64,000 bases of DNA from contig ML992509.1 of the NCBI GenBank assembly GCA_010093995.1, positions 404,894-468,893 on the forward strand. Reading direction: 5' to 3'. A model generated the notes under the pieces. The model did not search any database, was not told where the DNA came from, and saw nothing but the letters and a program-made list of their open reading frames with translations. Position numbers and translations under genes: made by a program. Each line of letters begins with the position of its first letter. Positions within the stretch are counted from its first letter, which is position 1. Positions 35,632 to 47,800 of this stretch are shown piece by piece. The stretch is from Elsinoe ampelina (taxonomy: Eukaryota).

Positions 35632-37308
35632 ATGGCAGCATCCTCAGCGAAAAGCTTTGCCACAAGCGGTCCGTGATTGTATTGATGACAACATCATTAA
35701 TTCGCTGACGTCTACAGCCGCAAGTGTTCAGGTACGACGGACGACTCAGACCATTGAACATTTCTGCCGACCGCTGGAGGGGGATGAACCCCTGAGACTT
35801 GCGTAAGGAGTCCACTAAGCAATTGGTAGTGGAATCCGCTGACCCCCACCAGATTTATACACTGCAAGCCTGGAGAGACAGAAAAGCATCCGAATGAGCA
35901 TCCAAACGAGGAAGAACAGCACAGGCTGTATAAGGTGCACGGCCTAGCACCATGGTTCTGGCAGAAGATGCCACAAGAAGCAAGTGGCTTCTTCGGCACT
36001 CGCGACCATCCAGATCCATCACGTAAGGAACTTCAATATCACACTACCACACTGCGCCTTCTCATCAAGATGGCCGGTACTATGGACGCCTCTGAGTTGA
36101 AGGATGAGCACAAGGGTGTGCCTTATGGATGGTCCGAGATTGGCGTCTTCACCCGATGGCAACCCGATGGCCGAGTCACCGTGCTTGTGCAGTGTGATGA
36201 TCGCCCGGAGATCATTGATGCTATCAAGCAGCTTCACTTGGACACATTCTTGGCTCAATGCCAGAAGGATCCATACGCCATCCATGCTCTCATCCTAGAC
36301 CAGCTTGTAAAGGAGTTCGATGACTCGGTATGGTCTTGGAGGAAGTGGGTTCGTGAGTTTGAGAAAGGCCGGAAGTTGGGCATCAAGAACCTTGCGTCGG
36401 ATGGTAACGACGAAAGTACGACCAAGGACAAAGAATCTGCGACTGCAGTGGCGAGGTCGCCAGATCCGGACTACGAGCGTATGCACGAAGTCGCCAGGCA
36501 CATCATCCACTGTACCGAAATGCTTGCTACAGCGATCAACGTGGTTAAGAGTGTCATTGAGGAGCACAATATCTTCCTTGAAGACAATGAAGACATCATG
36601 AAGGATGCGAAATGGGAGTCGCGGAACGTTTCCAAAGATCTTCGCATGCGCAAGTCTTTCCTCGAAGGCTTCCATCTGAGGTCAAAGGCCCTCGAGGAGC
36701 GGCTCAAGAATGAAGTCAACCTGGTGGGTCTTTCCCGTACAGACAAGATGGAGATTTAGCTGATCATGCAGGCCTTCGCTATAGTCTCGCAACATGATAG
36801 CAAAGTGTCCGTCCAAATAGCAGAGGCGGCCCAATCGGACAGCGCCTCGACCAAGACTATTCAATTCCTCGGTCTCATCTTTCTGCCAAGTACCTTCATC
36901 TGCGTAAGTGAAGGACCAGAAAAATGCCGATCATTGCTGACATGGTGCAAGTCCCTATTTAGCACATCCTTCTTCACTTTACAACCAGCCATCGATATGA
37001 ATGGCACACAAGGCCCGGCCAACAATCTCGGACCCGATAAAATCCCCACCTACTGGATGATGTCAGAACGCTTCTGGATATATTGGGCATTCGCTCTCCC
37101 TCTGACGGCTTTCACGGTTCTCATCTGGTCCATCTGGCAGAATTATTCTCGTCTCAGACATCCGACACTCAGCGACGTGGTACCTTGGCTCATCAAGCTC
37201 AAGGCGATGCTTCATCCTCGATCTGCGAAACGAGAAGCCGCGCTCAAAGCCGCCAACGAGATAGAAATGCATGGTCGACCGCCGTACAATGGGAGGGAAG
37301 AGGTGTGA
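35632..37308 (+). CDS. Fungal CorA-like membrane protein
   Basis: Introns 35669-35717, 35803-35852, 36724-36771 and 36904-36951 give a continuous frame. DPYAIH, helical stalk (RLKNEVNLAF..DSASTKTI) and two C-terminal TMs (LIFLPSTFICSLFSTSFF; FWIYWAFALPLT). The 5' exons are less certain. Confidence 0.78.
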
Positions 37309-37636
37309 AGGCGGCAAGGCTTCCGGAGTGGATGCTCGCTACGCAGCTCACGATGCATATTCAGATATGATTTACGATATATGCTCATGATATGAATACC
37401 AATGAATTATGACCACCACCTGACCAAGTGTACAAGGACTGGTATCGCTTTCTGAGGGCCCTCAACACGTACTTGCTGAAGTCACATTGGCGACAAGGTA
37501 TTGCCGGGATCTTTTGTCCCTCTCCTGCAGACCGTAGACGAGCTGGACAACGTTGCACCCCAGCTTGCCTCCGATCATGCTGATGTTACTTGTTGGTTGA
37601 TCCAATGGCACGATCGAAAGTGGGGACATACCCGGT

Positions 37637-37672
37637 TGCGGCTCTGCTGCGGCTCTGCTGCGGCTCTGCTGC
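37637..37672. repeat. 11-bp tandem repeat (TGCGGCTCTGC) x3.3
   Basis: Directly visible: tgcggctctgc tgcggctctgc tgcggctctgc tgc. Confidence 0.85.
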
Positions 37673-38317
37673 TGATGGCAACCCAAGCCTTCTCGACCGG
37701 TTCACCAGACTTTATTCTCTTCATCAAAAAGCTTCCATCTTAGATTCGTGCATCGAGGTTGTCATGCCGTCTATATTACCACATCGAAATGGTGCACTTT
37801 TCAGCCTGATGATCCTCAAATTTCAATGTCCCCTTCAAGCCTCCGCTCCCTGTTCAATTTCCGCCACTGCACCTCGGCCTGTTTGACTTGGCACGTAAGC
37901 ACCTGCTCTATCCGACGTCTGAAACGCATCTGGATTGGCTTCAAGAACATCGTTCGCGCGGAGAGGGGATCTGGCGCTAAGCCATCGGGTCTTGGTATCG
38001 TCAGGACTGAGATACGTAGATTGGGTTCCCGCCAGCAGGCGCCGCATTGAAACTCTGCTCCGTTCAATTCGAAACATCATCTCCTCAAAGGTGCAGGAAT
38101 ACAGTGCTTCGTGCGTTGGTGGGGAATCGTGGAGCGGTGGCACGAAGAGGGGTCTGCGTACCTATACCCCAAGTTGCACCAGGTTGACATGCTATGTAAG
38201 ACCAATCCCTGCACTTCCATTCCTTCTAGTAGGCAAGCAGGTCTCTTTGTTCATTCTTGTGGTTTCGTTCAGTCACTCCTTTTTGGTTCTTACCTCAGTC
38301 GTTCCTTTAACAGCATC

Positions 38318-39859
38318 ATGCTGCATTCCATTCATTCGACGCTGGCCGTCGCCCTACTCACTGGCCTGGCTGCTGCCCAGGATCCTACTCCAGCACCAGC
38401 AGAGTTCACCCTCAAGCCCGTCGACACACTCTATCAAGGCGGTGCTCCCTTCGCATACGCTCCTGGCAGCACCACCGTCCCAGTCGCTCAGAGCCCGCGC
38501 TTCGCCATTTACGGCCCAGGAGGGAAAGACTTCAACAAGGCTCTCAACAATCTAGAGATGGCCTACGAGTGTTTCGTCAACACCCTCGGCTGGAAGTCGT
38601 CGGGCGTCAGCACCCGCACCAATATCCCCGGCTACTTCAAGACGAACTTCTACCAGGTGCAGAACTTTACCAAAGCCTCAGTCGCAGGCCAGCAATACAC
38701 CGACTCGCAGAACGGAAGGGGATACGTCGGCATCGGCACACGCTGGGTAGAGGACGCTCGCGTCTCCATCCACGAATACGGCCACGTTTTACACTACCAC
38801 GAACGCACCTGGACCAACACCGACAGCAGACCATGGTGGGAGTCCCTCGCCAGCTTCGTCGCCGACTACGCCCTCAACGGAGAATACTGCGCGCCCGCCC
38901 GCTCGGCCTACAACATCACCTCCAGCACCACCAACATCGACTTCACCTCTCTCATCTCCAACTCCTTCCTCACCATCGTCGACTCCCAACCCTCCAACCC
39001 CAACATCAACCTCTACAAAGCCTGGCCCTTCTTCACCTACCTAACCAACAACCCAGACCGCTTCCCCCAACTAGGCCGGGACACAGTCCGCTCCCTGTTC
39101 CGCCAATGGCGCACCCCAGAAACCCCTCTCCACACCCTGCAAACCGTCGCCGGCCCCTCCCTCACCGTCCAAACCATCGTCGCCTCCTACTGGGCCCGCG
39201 TCGCCTACGCCGACCTCTGGCACGAACCCGCCGCCATAGCCTTCAACCGCATCCAGCGCTCGCGCACGCGCGGCCTGGACTACGCCAACCTCGACAGCAC
39301 AGGCACTGACACGTGGCGCGTCAAACCCGCCCGCGCGCCGCGGTACATGGGGGCGTCGTTCGTGCCGTTGTCGGGCGGCGATGGGCCCGTCGCGGTCAAA
39401 GTCTCCGCGGCTGCGGCGTTTGAGGCACGGATTGCGGTCCGCGCGAGGAATTATGGGAGTGTGAGGTATGTGTATGTCCGGGATGGGCAGGCGACGGTGG
39501 AGGTCGCGGCGACGGATGAGGTCATGCTGGTCGTGGTGAATGCCCCGGCGCAGTTGATCCAGTATAACCCGAATGCGATCACGGGGAGCGGTGCGGATGC
39601 CGGGTTGGATTTCTCGGTGCAGGTCACTGGTGCCGTGGTGGGGGATGGGGCGGCGCCGGTCGGGGCCACGGGGGTGAGGGTTGTGGAGGCGAATGTGAAT
39701 CTTGCGGTGGCGACGGCGGGGGAGGAGGAAGTGGGAGTCATGTCGGCGGAGACGGTGGAGATTTTTGAGGATGAGGAGGAGATGGAGGTGGAGGATGAGT
39801 TGGCGCATTTGGAGTGTGGGGGGAAGGTGGGAGGGGATGACGAGGAGGTCGTGGCATGA
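38318..39859 (+). CDS. Secreted HExxH putative zinc metallopeptidase (DUF6055-like)
   Basis: Signal MLHSIHSTLAVALLTGLAAA; IHEYGHVLH with downstream WWES as candidate third ligand; YKAWPFFTYLTNNPD; intronless; acidic tail. Confidence 0.75.
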   Translation: MLHSIHSTLAVALLTGLAAAQDPTPAPAEFTLKPVDTLYQGGAPFAYAPGSTTVPVAQSPRFAIYGPGGKDFNKALNNLEMAYECFVNTLGWKSSGVSTRTNIPGYFKTNFYQVQNFTKASVAGQQYTDSQNGRGYVGIGTRWVEDARVSIHEYGHVLHYHERTWTNTDSRPWWESLASFVADYALNGEYCAPARSAYNITSSTTNIDFTSLISNSFLTIVDSQPSNPNINLYKAWPFFTYLTNNPDRFPQLGRDTVRSLFRQWRTPETPLHTLQTVAGPSLTVQTIVASYWARVAYADLWHEPAAIAFNRIQRSRTRGLDYANLDSTGTDTWRVKPARAPRYMGASFVPLSGGDGPVAVKVSAAAAFEARIAVRARNYGSVRYVYVRDGQATVEVAATDEVMLVVVNAPAQLIQYNPNAITGSGADAGLDFSVQVTGAVVGDGAAPVGATGVRVVEANVNLAVATAGEEEVGVMSAETVEIFEDEEEMEVEDELAHLECGGKVGGDDEEVVA

Positions 39860-40115
39860 ATGAGGCAGGGAACAGGGGTATCAAGAGGGGATGAAGTTTC
39901 GATTCTTGTAGCTTGTTGATTGTCACTTGATTTGGGTTGGGTCTGGGGTGTCCATTGATGCTGCAACATAGAGCCATTTCGGAGGGTGTAGATCGTCTAG
40001 TTCTGGCTTCTCCAGATGTGGTCAGGACATGAACCGCTTCTCTACTTCTCCGTGTCCTGCAGAATTCGCCACACTTCATCTATCGTACAGCTAGCCGATC
40101 GCTCTCACTTCAGGA

Positions 40116-41314
40116 CTACACCCTTTCACCATACTCGAACCTTCCTGGCTCGTACAGATTCTCCTCACTCCCACCCTCGTGTCTCGTCTGCATCGTCCTC
40201 GTGACTGTGATCCCCCCTTTCATCTCCAAGTCTTCGGGTGTTTCTTTGCCTGCCACTGTACCTGCCGCCGTCGCAGCCCCATTGCGGCTCTTGAGCGCCG
40301 ACAAGACTGTGCCCTTGATCCATGTACTCCCGCCATTTGTCTTGCTAGGGTAGTCGGTGCTAGACTCGCCCCTGGAGTGGACGAGGGCGTAGATGGTTGG
40401 TGAAACGGCGACGGAGACGGCGAAAAAGATCTCGATCGAGGCCCACATAGTGCGGCTGACTTGCACCTTGGAGCCGAAGCCTTGCATCATCCGCACGACG
40501 GAGATGGCGATGAGGAAGGCGCCCAAGGAGAAGACGAAAATGAGGCGGAGACGGCTGATGGGAGGTCAGTGGAAATTGAATAGGGATGAGTGGAGGTACC
40601 TACTGCCTGAAAGAGATCTTCGCGGAGAGTATCAAATGAATCGGAACGGCAAGCAGCATGAAGTCCGTGAGCATATTGCCGATCTCGTAGGAGAGGAGCC
40701 AGGAGTCGCCAACAGCACTGTACGAGGTTAGTAGTGAACATACATTGGGGATAGGATGTGAAGCCTACCATCGACCCGGATTCGGGTAGATCTGCCAGTA
40801 CAAGGAGATGGGTGTGCAGCCGAGGAATGTCCCGAGCATGGCAGCGACCCAGGTCGCTCCGAGGACGACAATAAAGCCCCAGTAGACAAGCTTCTCAAAC
40901 CGTAGCTTGCGAATGAGCTTGAAGACCACGTCGAGAATTGCCATTTTGAGTGACCATAAAAGGCAGTTCATCATGGTCCGAGAGATGAGGGTGATCTTGC
41001 TGCCAGTGGTGATCTCGTAGTACTTTTGACTTCCAGGGAGTATGAACGATCGTTCTTCGTCGTCCAATGCTGGGAATTTAGTTAGTATCTGACAAAGAGA
41101 AGAGGTGATAGTAGTTCGGACTTCGTGTTGAGCCATATCTGAGCAGGAAGACATTGGTGATCAGCCGAACAAATATGAAGACAGCTGCAGCCAAACACCA
41201 GTAGTCACCCCATGTGATGGCTTGTTGTCTGAACAGACGCAGAGCGGTGCGGGTGAAGATGAGGACTATACCCAGCGGCAAGCAAATGCAAGTAGCGATC
41301 TGAGCCGGATCCAT
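40116..41314 (-). CDS. PTH11-like (fungal rhodopsin family) integral membrane protein without CFEM domain
   Basis: Introns 41070-41121, 40718-40768 and 40555-40603. Motifs GDYW, LLWSLK, CTPISLYWQIYPNPGRC, NMLTDFMLLAVP, RLIFVFSLG and WASIE. Confidence 0.85.
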
Positions 41315-42574
41315 CTTGACAGAGATACACAATAGTACTGCGAGTTGTAGAGGAGTGGGCCTCCTGGTCTGGGCATGAGGAGCTTCAAATGCTGCTAAGA
41401 CACTCCATTGATACTTATCGTGGGATTCACCAGCAGCGGTACCTTCAAGCCCACGTCGGATGCTTTCGTGGCGGCTTGAGACATCAGAGCTTGAGTCGTC
41501 AACTCAATGGGTCCCGTACAGGAGTGTCAGCAAGTGCTCATCGCCACGGGAGCACCGGACACCTCACTCGTTCGCGCGGTATTGTGCACCATCCGTGAGG
41601 AAGACCGCTGGTGTTTGGCAGACTTCGCCTTCAACGTCGTGGTCGCGAGACAAGAACGGTCCGGTGGGAAGGTAGGGCTGTCTTTTCGTTTACCCTGGGA
41701 ACAACGAGGGTTAAACTCTGATGGTCGCCCCTGACCCTCACTCACAGTTGCGTCGCTCTTGTCCAATGGACTTCCAACAATCTCTGCCATACAGCTCGGA
41801 TGGATACGAGGTGAACATCTCCTGGTCCTTAGGCTGAACAGTTAGCTTCAATAACGTCAGGCGGCGCCAATCCCACAGATCACTCGTCAATCATTGATGG
41901 CCATAGATGCTATCCTATCTACACGCGAGGCATATATATCTTCCTTTCAGCGAGGCAAGGACAGGATTCTTCTGGTTGATCGGAGATGGCTCGCAATGAG
42001 GACATGGAGCTGGACGTTGAGCTGTTCAACGTTGCCCCACCTGGGCATTGAACGATGCCAGGATATGCCATGCCGGCTCCTAACAAAGATATTGAGGACC
42101 TGCGACTCGCCGAAGATTAGCAGAAGTCCGTGAAGCAGTTCCAAGTTGAGACTGAGCGGTGTCTTCTCCGATATATCGCCTAGCAGTAAGACACGTTGCA
42201 CAACGTCGAGCGTTGTGTCGACGACATTCATAGACCAGGTGCAATATTGTCCGGGAATAGATCCGATCCACGAAATGATGCTGGCTGCTCGATATTGATG
42301 GTCATGGGCTCAGTGTATGTAGAGGGAAAAAAGAGGGGATGTCGTCTTCGCCCCACCGGACACGTCAAAAACGAAGCAGCGAATGGGAGAATTTGACGCC
42401 ATCACAAAAACTCCACCTTCGCACAATTTGACCTTCTCAATCCGACCCTCTATCAATCGTGACTCATTGCGCCATCGCCTGTGTGCGCGTGAGAGATGAA
42501 GTTTCCGTGAAATGTTGCTAGGTATAAGTAATCCAAGATCAGGTAGGTCACTGATCGGTCTCCTTTCCACAACA

Positions 42575-44272
42575 ATGGCAGCCATGGTGTCGGTCTCACT
42601 ACTCGCCTTACTGGGAGTAATAGCTTCGGGCGTACAGGCACTTCGGGGACCATTTCTTGACCAGATCGATAACAACACCTGGATCCTGGGCAACGATATC
42701 TGGAACTTAACCCAGGGTCCCGTCTACGGTACGAAACTTTATTACCAAGGCGAGGACGCCGTTAAAGATGCCAGCGGCCACTACGTAGGTGTAGATGGGG
42801 AGAACAACTTCGTTTGGACATCGGCTTCGATCGTATCGCAGGGCCAAGACTATATTGATGTTGCGTTCACATCCACCCAAGGCGACTTCCACTGGGTCAT
42901 CTACGATGATCTAGCAGGTGCTTACCAGTATTTTGTAAACCGCGCTCTGCCAGACATCAGTATTCTCCGCTCCCTCTGGCGATTGGACCCTGTGAGATTC
43001 ACCCACGGCCGCACCTACCTCAAGGACGAAGTTCTACCGGACTGGTCTCTCTACGCGAGCGCTACCAAAGTCCAGGACGAGACCTGGCAGCTTGCAAACG
43101 GCACCTTCATCACCAAGTACGACTTCTCCACCCCAGCCCGGGCGAGAGATTTCAATGGCGTTTACGGCGCCCAAACAGGTTCCTGGTATATCCACCCCTC
43201 GTATGAATACTACAGCGGGAACCACCTCGCCCAAACCCTGACCGTGCACCGCGAGTCCGCCACCGGCGACGCAGTCCAACTCAACGTAGTCCAAGACACC
43301 TCCCACTTCCAAATCGGCGTCAAAACCCCGCAACCACCAGGCAAAACCTGGGGCCCCTGGCTCTGGTACCTCAACAACGGCTCCAAACCCGACGCCGCCG
43401 CCCGCGTCAAGCTCGAGCGATCCAAATTCCCCTACACCTTCCTCACCGACAAACCCTACCACACCCGGGGCTCCCTAATCGGCACCCTGCACCTCTCCTC
43501 CGGCCGCCCCGCCTCCTCCGCCGCCATCTTCCTCGGCGACGCCGACACCACCGTCCGGCCCCTCGCCCAAGGCAGCGCCTACCGGTACACCACCTTCGCC
43601 GACGCCCTCGGCCGATTCACCATCCCCGGCATCCGCGCCGGCACGTACGCCCTCTACGCATGGTCCAACGGCGGGCCCCTCGGCGACGTCTACACCAACT
43701 TCACCTCCCCCTCCCCCATCACCGTCTCCGCGGACGAGCACACCTCCCTCGGCGACCTCACGTGGTCCGTCCCCGCCGACCGCGAGCGCATCTTCCAGGT
43801 CGGCGCCTTCGACAAGACTGCCAGGGGGTTCAGGCACAGCGGGCCGTACCTGCATGGTCTCGCGGAGGGGAGCCCCGCTAATTTGACGTTCACTGTGGGC
43901 CAGAGCAAGACGGAAGACTGGTGGTTCGCGCAGTCGAACGTCGGGACGTGGGAGGTGGTGTTTGATCTCCCTGCTAAGGGGCTGGATAGGTCTGCGCTGC
44001 TGACGCTGAGTCTGGCGGGGTACTCGCAGTCTACGTCGTTGGTGGTCGGGGTCAACGGGCGGACGCTTGGGGGTTTGAATAAGGATGTGTTGACGTCGGA
44101 TCCGGCGGTTTACAGGTCGGGGACGGTGAGTGGGGAGTGGAGGTTGGTGCAATTTGAGGTGGGAAAGGGGGTGTTGGTTGAGGGGAGGAATAGGGTCACG
44201 TTTGAGGTGGATAGGTTTGTGTTGTGGAGGGGCTTCTTGTGGGATAGTGTGATTCTGGAGTGGCAGAATTGA
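42575..44272 (+). CDS. Rhamnogalacturonan lyase, polysaccharide lyase family 4
   Basis: Signal peptide; KVQDETW, TKYDFS, YYSGNHLAQTLTVHRES, GPWLWYLN; FN3-like middle domain (IRAGTY); IFQVGAFDK and C-terminal WDSVILEW. Confidence 0.88.
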   Translation: MAAMVSVSLLALLGVIASGVQALRGPFLDQIDNNTWILGNDIWNLTQGPVYGTKLYYQGEDAVKDASGHYVGVDGENNFVWTSASIVSQGQDYIDVAFTSTQGDFHWVIYDDLAGAYQYFVNRALPDISILRSLWRLDPVRFTHGRTYLKDEVLPDWSLYASATKVQDETWQLANGTFITKYDFSTPARARDFNGVYGAQTGSWYIHPSYEYYSGNHLAQTLTVHRESATGDAVQLNVVQDTSHFQIGVKTPQPPGKTWGPWLWYLNNGSKPDAAARVKLERSKFPYTFLTDKPYHTRGSLIGTLHLSSGRPASSAAIFLGDADTTVRPLAQGSAYRYTTFADALGRFTIPGIRAGTYALYAWSNGGPLGDVYTNFTSPSPITVSADEHTSLGDLTWSVPADRERIFQVGAFDKTARGFRHSGPYLHGLAEGSPANLTFTVGQSKTEDWWFAQSNVGTWEVVFDLPAKGLDRSALLTLSLAGYSQSTSLVVGVNGRTLGGLNKDVLTSDPAVYRSGTVSGEWRLVQFEVGKGVLVEGRNRVTFEVDRFVLWRGFLWDSVILEWQN

Positions 44273-44807
44273 GGCCTTGGGACGAGATATCGGGTGAAGG
44301 ATGGGCAGATGATACCAAGTAATGTTCGATACAGTGGTAGCCGTGCGTCATTCGATCCGGAGTGGATTCTGTGAGACATTGCGCGCTTCACAGGTCAGCA
44401 TGGATGGAAGAAATACCGGCATCGTATAAGCAAAGTTGAAGTCCTGGTAGCATAAATGTTTCAGTGTGAGAGATGTGCTCTACTACTCGCATTGACGTGT
44501 ATGGTCAGTGTGCTTGTCCGCCCCTCCATGCTACTGTGAGTCGCCTCGTGTATTCCGTAGCTTTGATTCAGTCGGGACCTTGCCCTCAACGTCGTCCGGT
44601 GAGAAGTAGGTAGTAACTTAGCATCAACGCCTCTCATTGACTCTGGTCTATATCAGACCCAATTGGTTGCAACTTACTCCGAGTGCATGTCCTATTATCC
44701 ATGTGCACAAGAAGAAAATTTGGGTGCATACCAAGATGTCGCTGTCGTGACGGTCCAAGACGAATGCTTCCAGGACGATCCGGAGCGAGCACGTCTCGAT
44801 ATCTTCG

Positions 44808-47800
44808 TCATGATCCTGAAATTTGCTCCTGCGATCCCGAGCCTTCGACCCTAGCAACTTTGTTCGGAGCGCAATCTTGGTCAAGCTTCCTCTTACGCAC
44901 ATTCTCCTCCTCGTATGTGTCTAAGCATTCGATGACGGCATCATACCGACGAGCAGCGATCCAACCAAAAGCGCTACTTGAGAAGCTGCCACCCTTAGCC
45001 AGATCCTCGGGGGTCTGTTCACCGATGAGCTTCGCAGACGGATCAGCACCGTGCTCGAGTAGAACCAAGACGACACTGGGTTCTCCGCCCAGACAGGCAA
45101 AGTGCAAGGGCGACCAGCCTTCTTTGGCTCGTAGGTTAACGTCGGCACCCAGTTCCAAGCAGAGCTTGACCACCTCGAGACTGCTTTGCTGCGCCGCGAT
45201 ATGCAGCAGTGTCGTACGGGTGAGCACGGTCATTTCATTGACAAGATCAAGCGCTGAGGCGGCAATCTGCCCTGGTAGTCTAAGAGTCTTGAGGACAAGC
45301 TCGTTGGCAGCTTTTGTGCGACAGCGGAGAAGCGTCCTGAGTGCAGCACTGATGAGACTCAGATGCGGTGGAGCGGCTGGATCATATAGCATGCTTCTGT
45401 TGTGAGTCCCCGATGCCGCGGCTGCATGCATGTGCTCGCAAAGTAGCTCTGTATTCTCAGTCCAGCCGTGCATTCCAGCAGTCATTAGTGGCGTGAGACC
45501 AGCAACGTCCCTCAGGAAAGGATCGACGCCGTGTGAGAGAAGTGCGGGCAGTAATTTTGTATCTCCGTTTGTCGCTGCATGGGCGATTGCTGACATGCCC
45601 TTAGCGTCGCAAAGATTCACGTCCACTTTTTGGGTAGCCAAGCATGATTGCATGGCCTGAACGTTATCTTCGAAAGCTGCTTGCAGGAACGGGCTCATGC
45701 CTTCAACGTTTCTAGCGTTTATGTCGGCCCCCAGTGCTAATAATCGCCCGACTATGCCTCCCGGATCGACGCCAGATCTGATCTGGTAGTGCAGAGCTGT
45801 TTGTCCTCTTGGACCAGACTCGTAAAGAGGCAAGCGGGCGCGGAACTCTGGCAGTCCCTGCTCGGCAAAGTCGTGTCGAGGCAAAGGAATGCGATCTGCT
45901 TGAAGGCTAGCATTGACATTTGTGGCCCCTCGGTCTAGCAACTCGTGCATACTATCAGTAGATCTTGAGTGAGCGGCCAACAGCAGTGCTGACTCGCCGA
46001 CAGGAGTGATTGCGTCCAGGTCAAGCAATCCCGTCGCAAGTAAGAATGATGCAGGCTGACTACTTTCCCTTACGGGCGATTTGAGAGCCAAGTGCAGTGC
46101 ATTGTAACCATCTGACGTCAAAGACTTGAAGTCTACTCTTTTGCAGTCAGCGAAGGCTTTGAGGACACCGACCTTTCCTGCGAATGCTGCTATATGAAGA
46201 GGCCGCCATCCAGTATTGTCCAATGCTTGTGGATCAACCCGGTAGATGTTGAGGAGTAGCTTGCAGATCTCAACGTGGCCTCCAGCAGCGGCGAATGAAA
46301 GAGGTGTGTTACCAGTTGCGGTCTTTGCATCAGGGTCGACATTTGGCGCTCGTAGTAGTACCTCAACCATGTCTCGATTGCCTGTTTGGACGGCATGATG
46401 TAAAGCAGAAAAGCCAGACTTGTTGCTCTCGTCTGCCTTCACCCTACCGGAGCTCAAAAGAATTCTGACAAACTCGACATGATTACAGCTTGTGGCTACC
46501 TCGAGCGCAGATGTTCCTTTGCCATCGCAATTGTCCAGCGCTATCCTCTCGTCTCCCACAACAATACGACCCAAGTCCTGCCAACCACCTGATGCAACGA
46601 GAAACGCAATAGTTTCGTCCTTGTTGGTTCTGGCATCAATGTCGATATTGCTGTTTGATAAAAGAAATTCAAAGACTCTCGGCTGATTGTATGTTGCGGC
46701 CAAATGCAGTGGAGATCGTCCGGAATCATCGACTGTATTCAACATTGAATCGTCCAATTTGGTCAATCGCCCCACGGCATGCTTGAAGCCCATGACAGAT
46801 GCAAAATGTAGTGCTGGTAGATCCCAGGGTGTTTCACCAGGACGGTCATCCAAGAGCGCCGCCAACATGAGTCGACGTCGATCTCGATCATTGACGATTG
46901 ACCATACGAGCTCCTGTGTGGTCTCATCCATGACCGGGGGCTCATCCCAGGACCGCAAGATTTGTGCGGCTAGAGGGAGGAAGGGGCGCACGGCACGGAG
47001 AGCTTTGCTTGATGCACTTGACCACCAATTGGCGGTCTCCGTGTTTGCCTTTAGGGTTTCCATCAGCTCCATGGGTATGTCCAAAAGGCAGTAGTGTAGA
47101 CTCGTCATTACCAGATCAGTGACCTCGATCGCTCGTGCGAAATCAAAATAGGATGTGAAAAATTCGTATGCCGTGTAGTGACCGAACTCCAGCGTTTTGT
47201 CGTCACGGATGTTGACTAGGCCTATACATTGCGAGAGGAGAGTATCTGGATGAGGCAGCCCTTCCGTGTCAATTTCCCGATCTCCCGCCCGAACTGCAAA
47301 AGCGTGCTGTATTTCAAGCAAGGAAGGCGGATTCGATGCTCCGGCTACTGCTATGAGGGCGAAGATCCTAGACGCCGCTCGCCATTTTGGGGGCTCCTGC
47401 TTCAATCGTTCTACAGTGGTAGTGTATAAACTCTCGTAAGTGCTGGGCAGTGCTTGCAGAGCTGAACGTATATCTCGGACACAAGTCTGCTCTTTGATGA
47501 AATCCATGTGGTATCGAGCAAAGAGGAACCTACTAGATATCAGACATATTCAAAAGGTGACGAAATGAGATGCACATACACGCCCTTCGCAGCATCCACA
47601 ACATGCTGCTCGATAGACTGTTCCAGCCATGATTCTCGTTGTATAAAGTCTTGAAGGCGATAGCTCTGCTTGATTACTCCCCGGATATGAAGCAACAAGT
47701 CATTATCGCTAGCTACCACATCAGCAGCATACGCGGTGCTGAAATGAGCACTCAACTCTCGGTCTGGACGAGTGGTGAGCATGACATTCACGACCTCACT

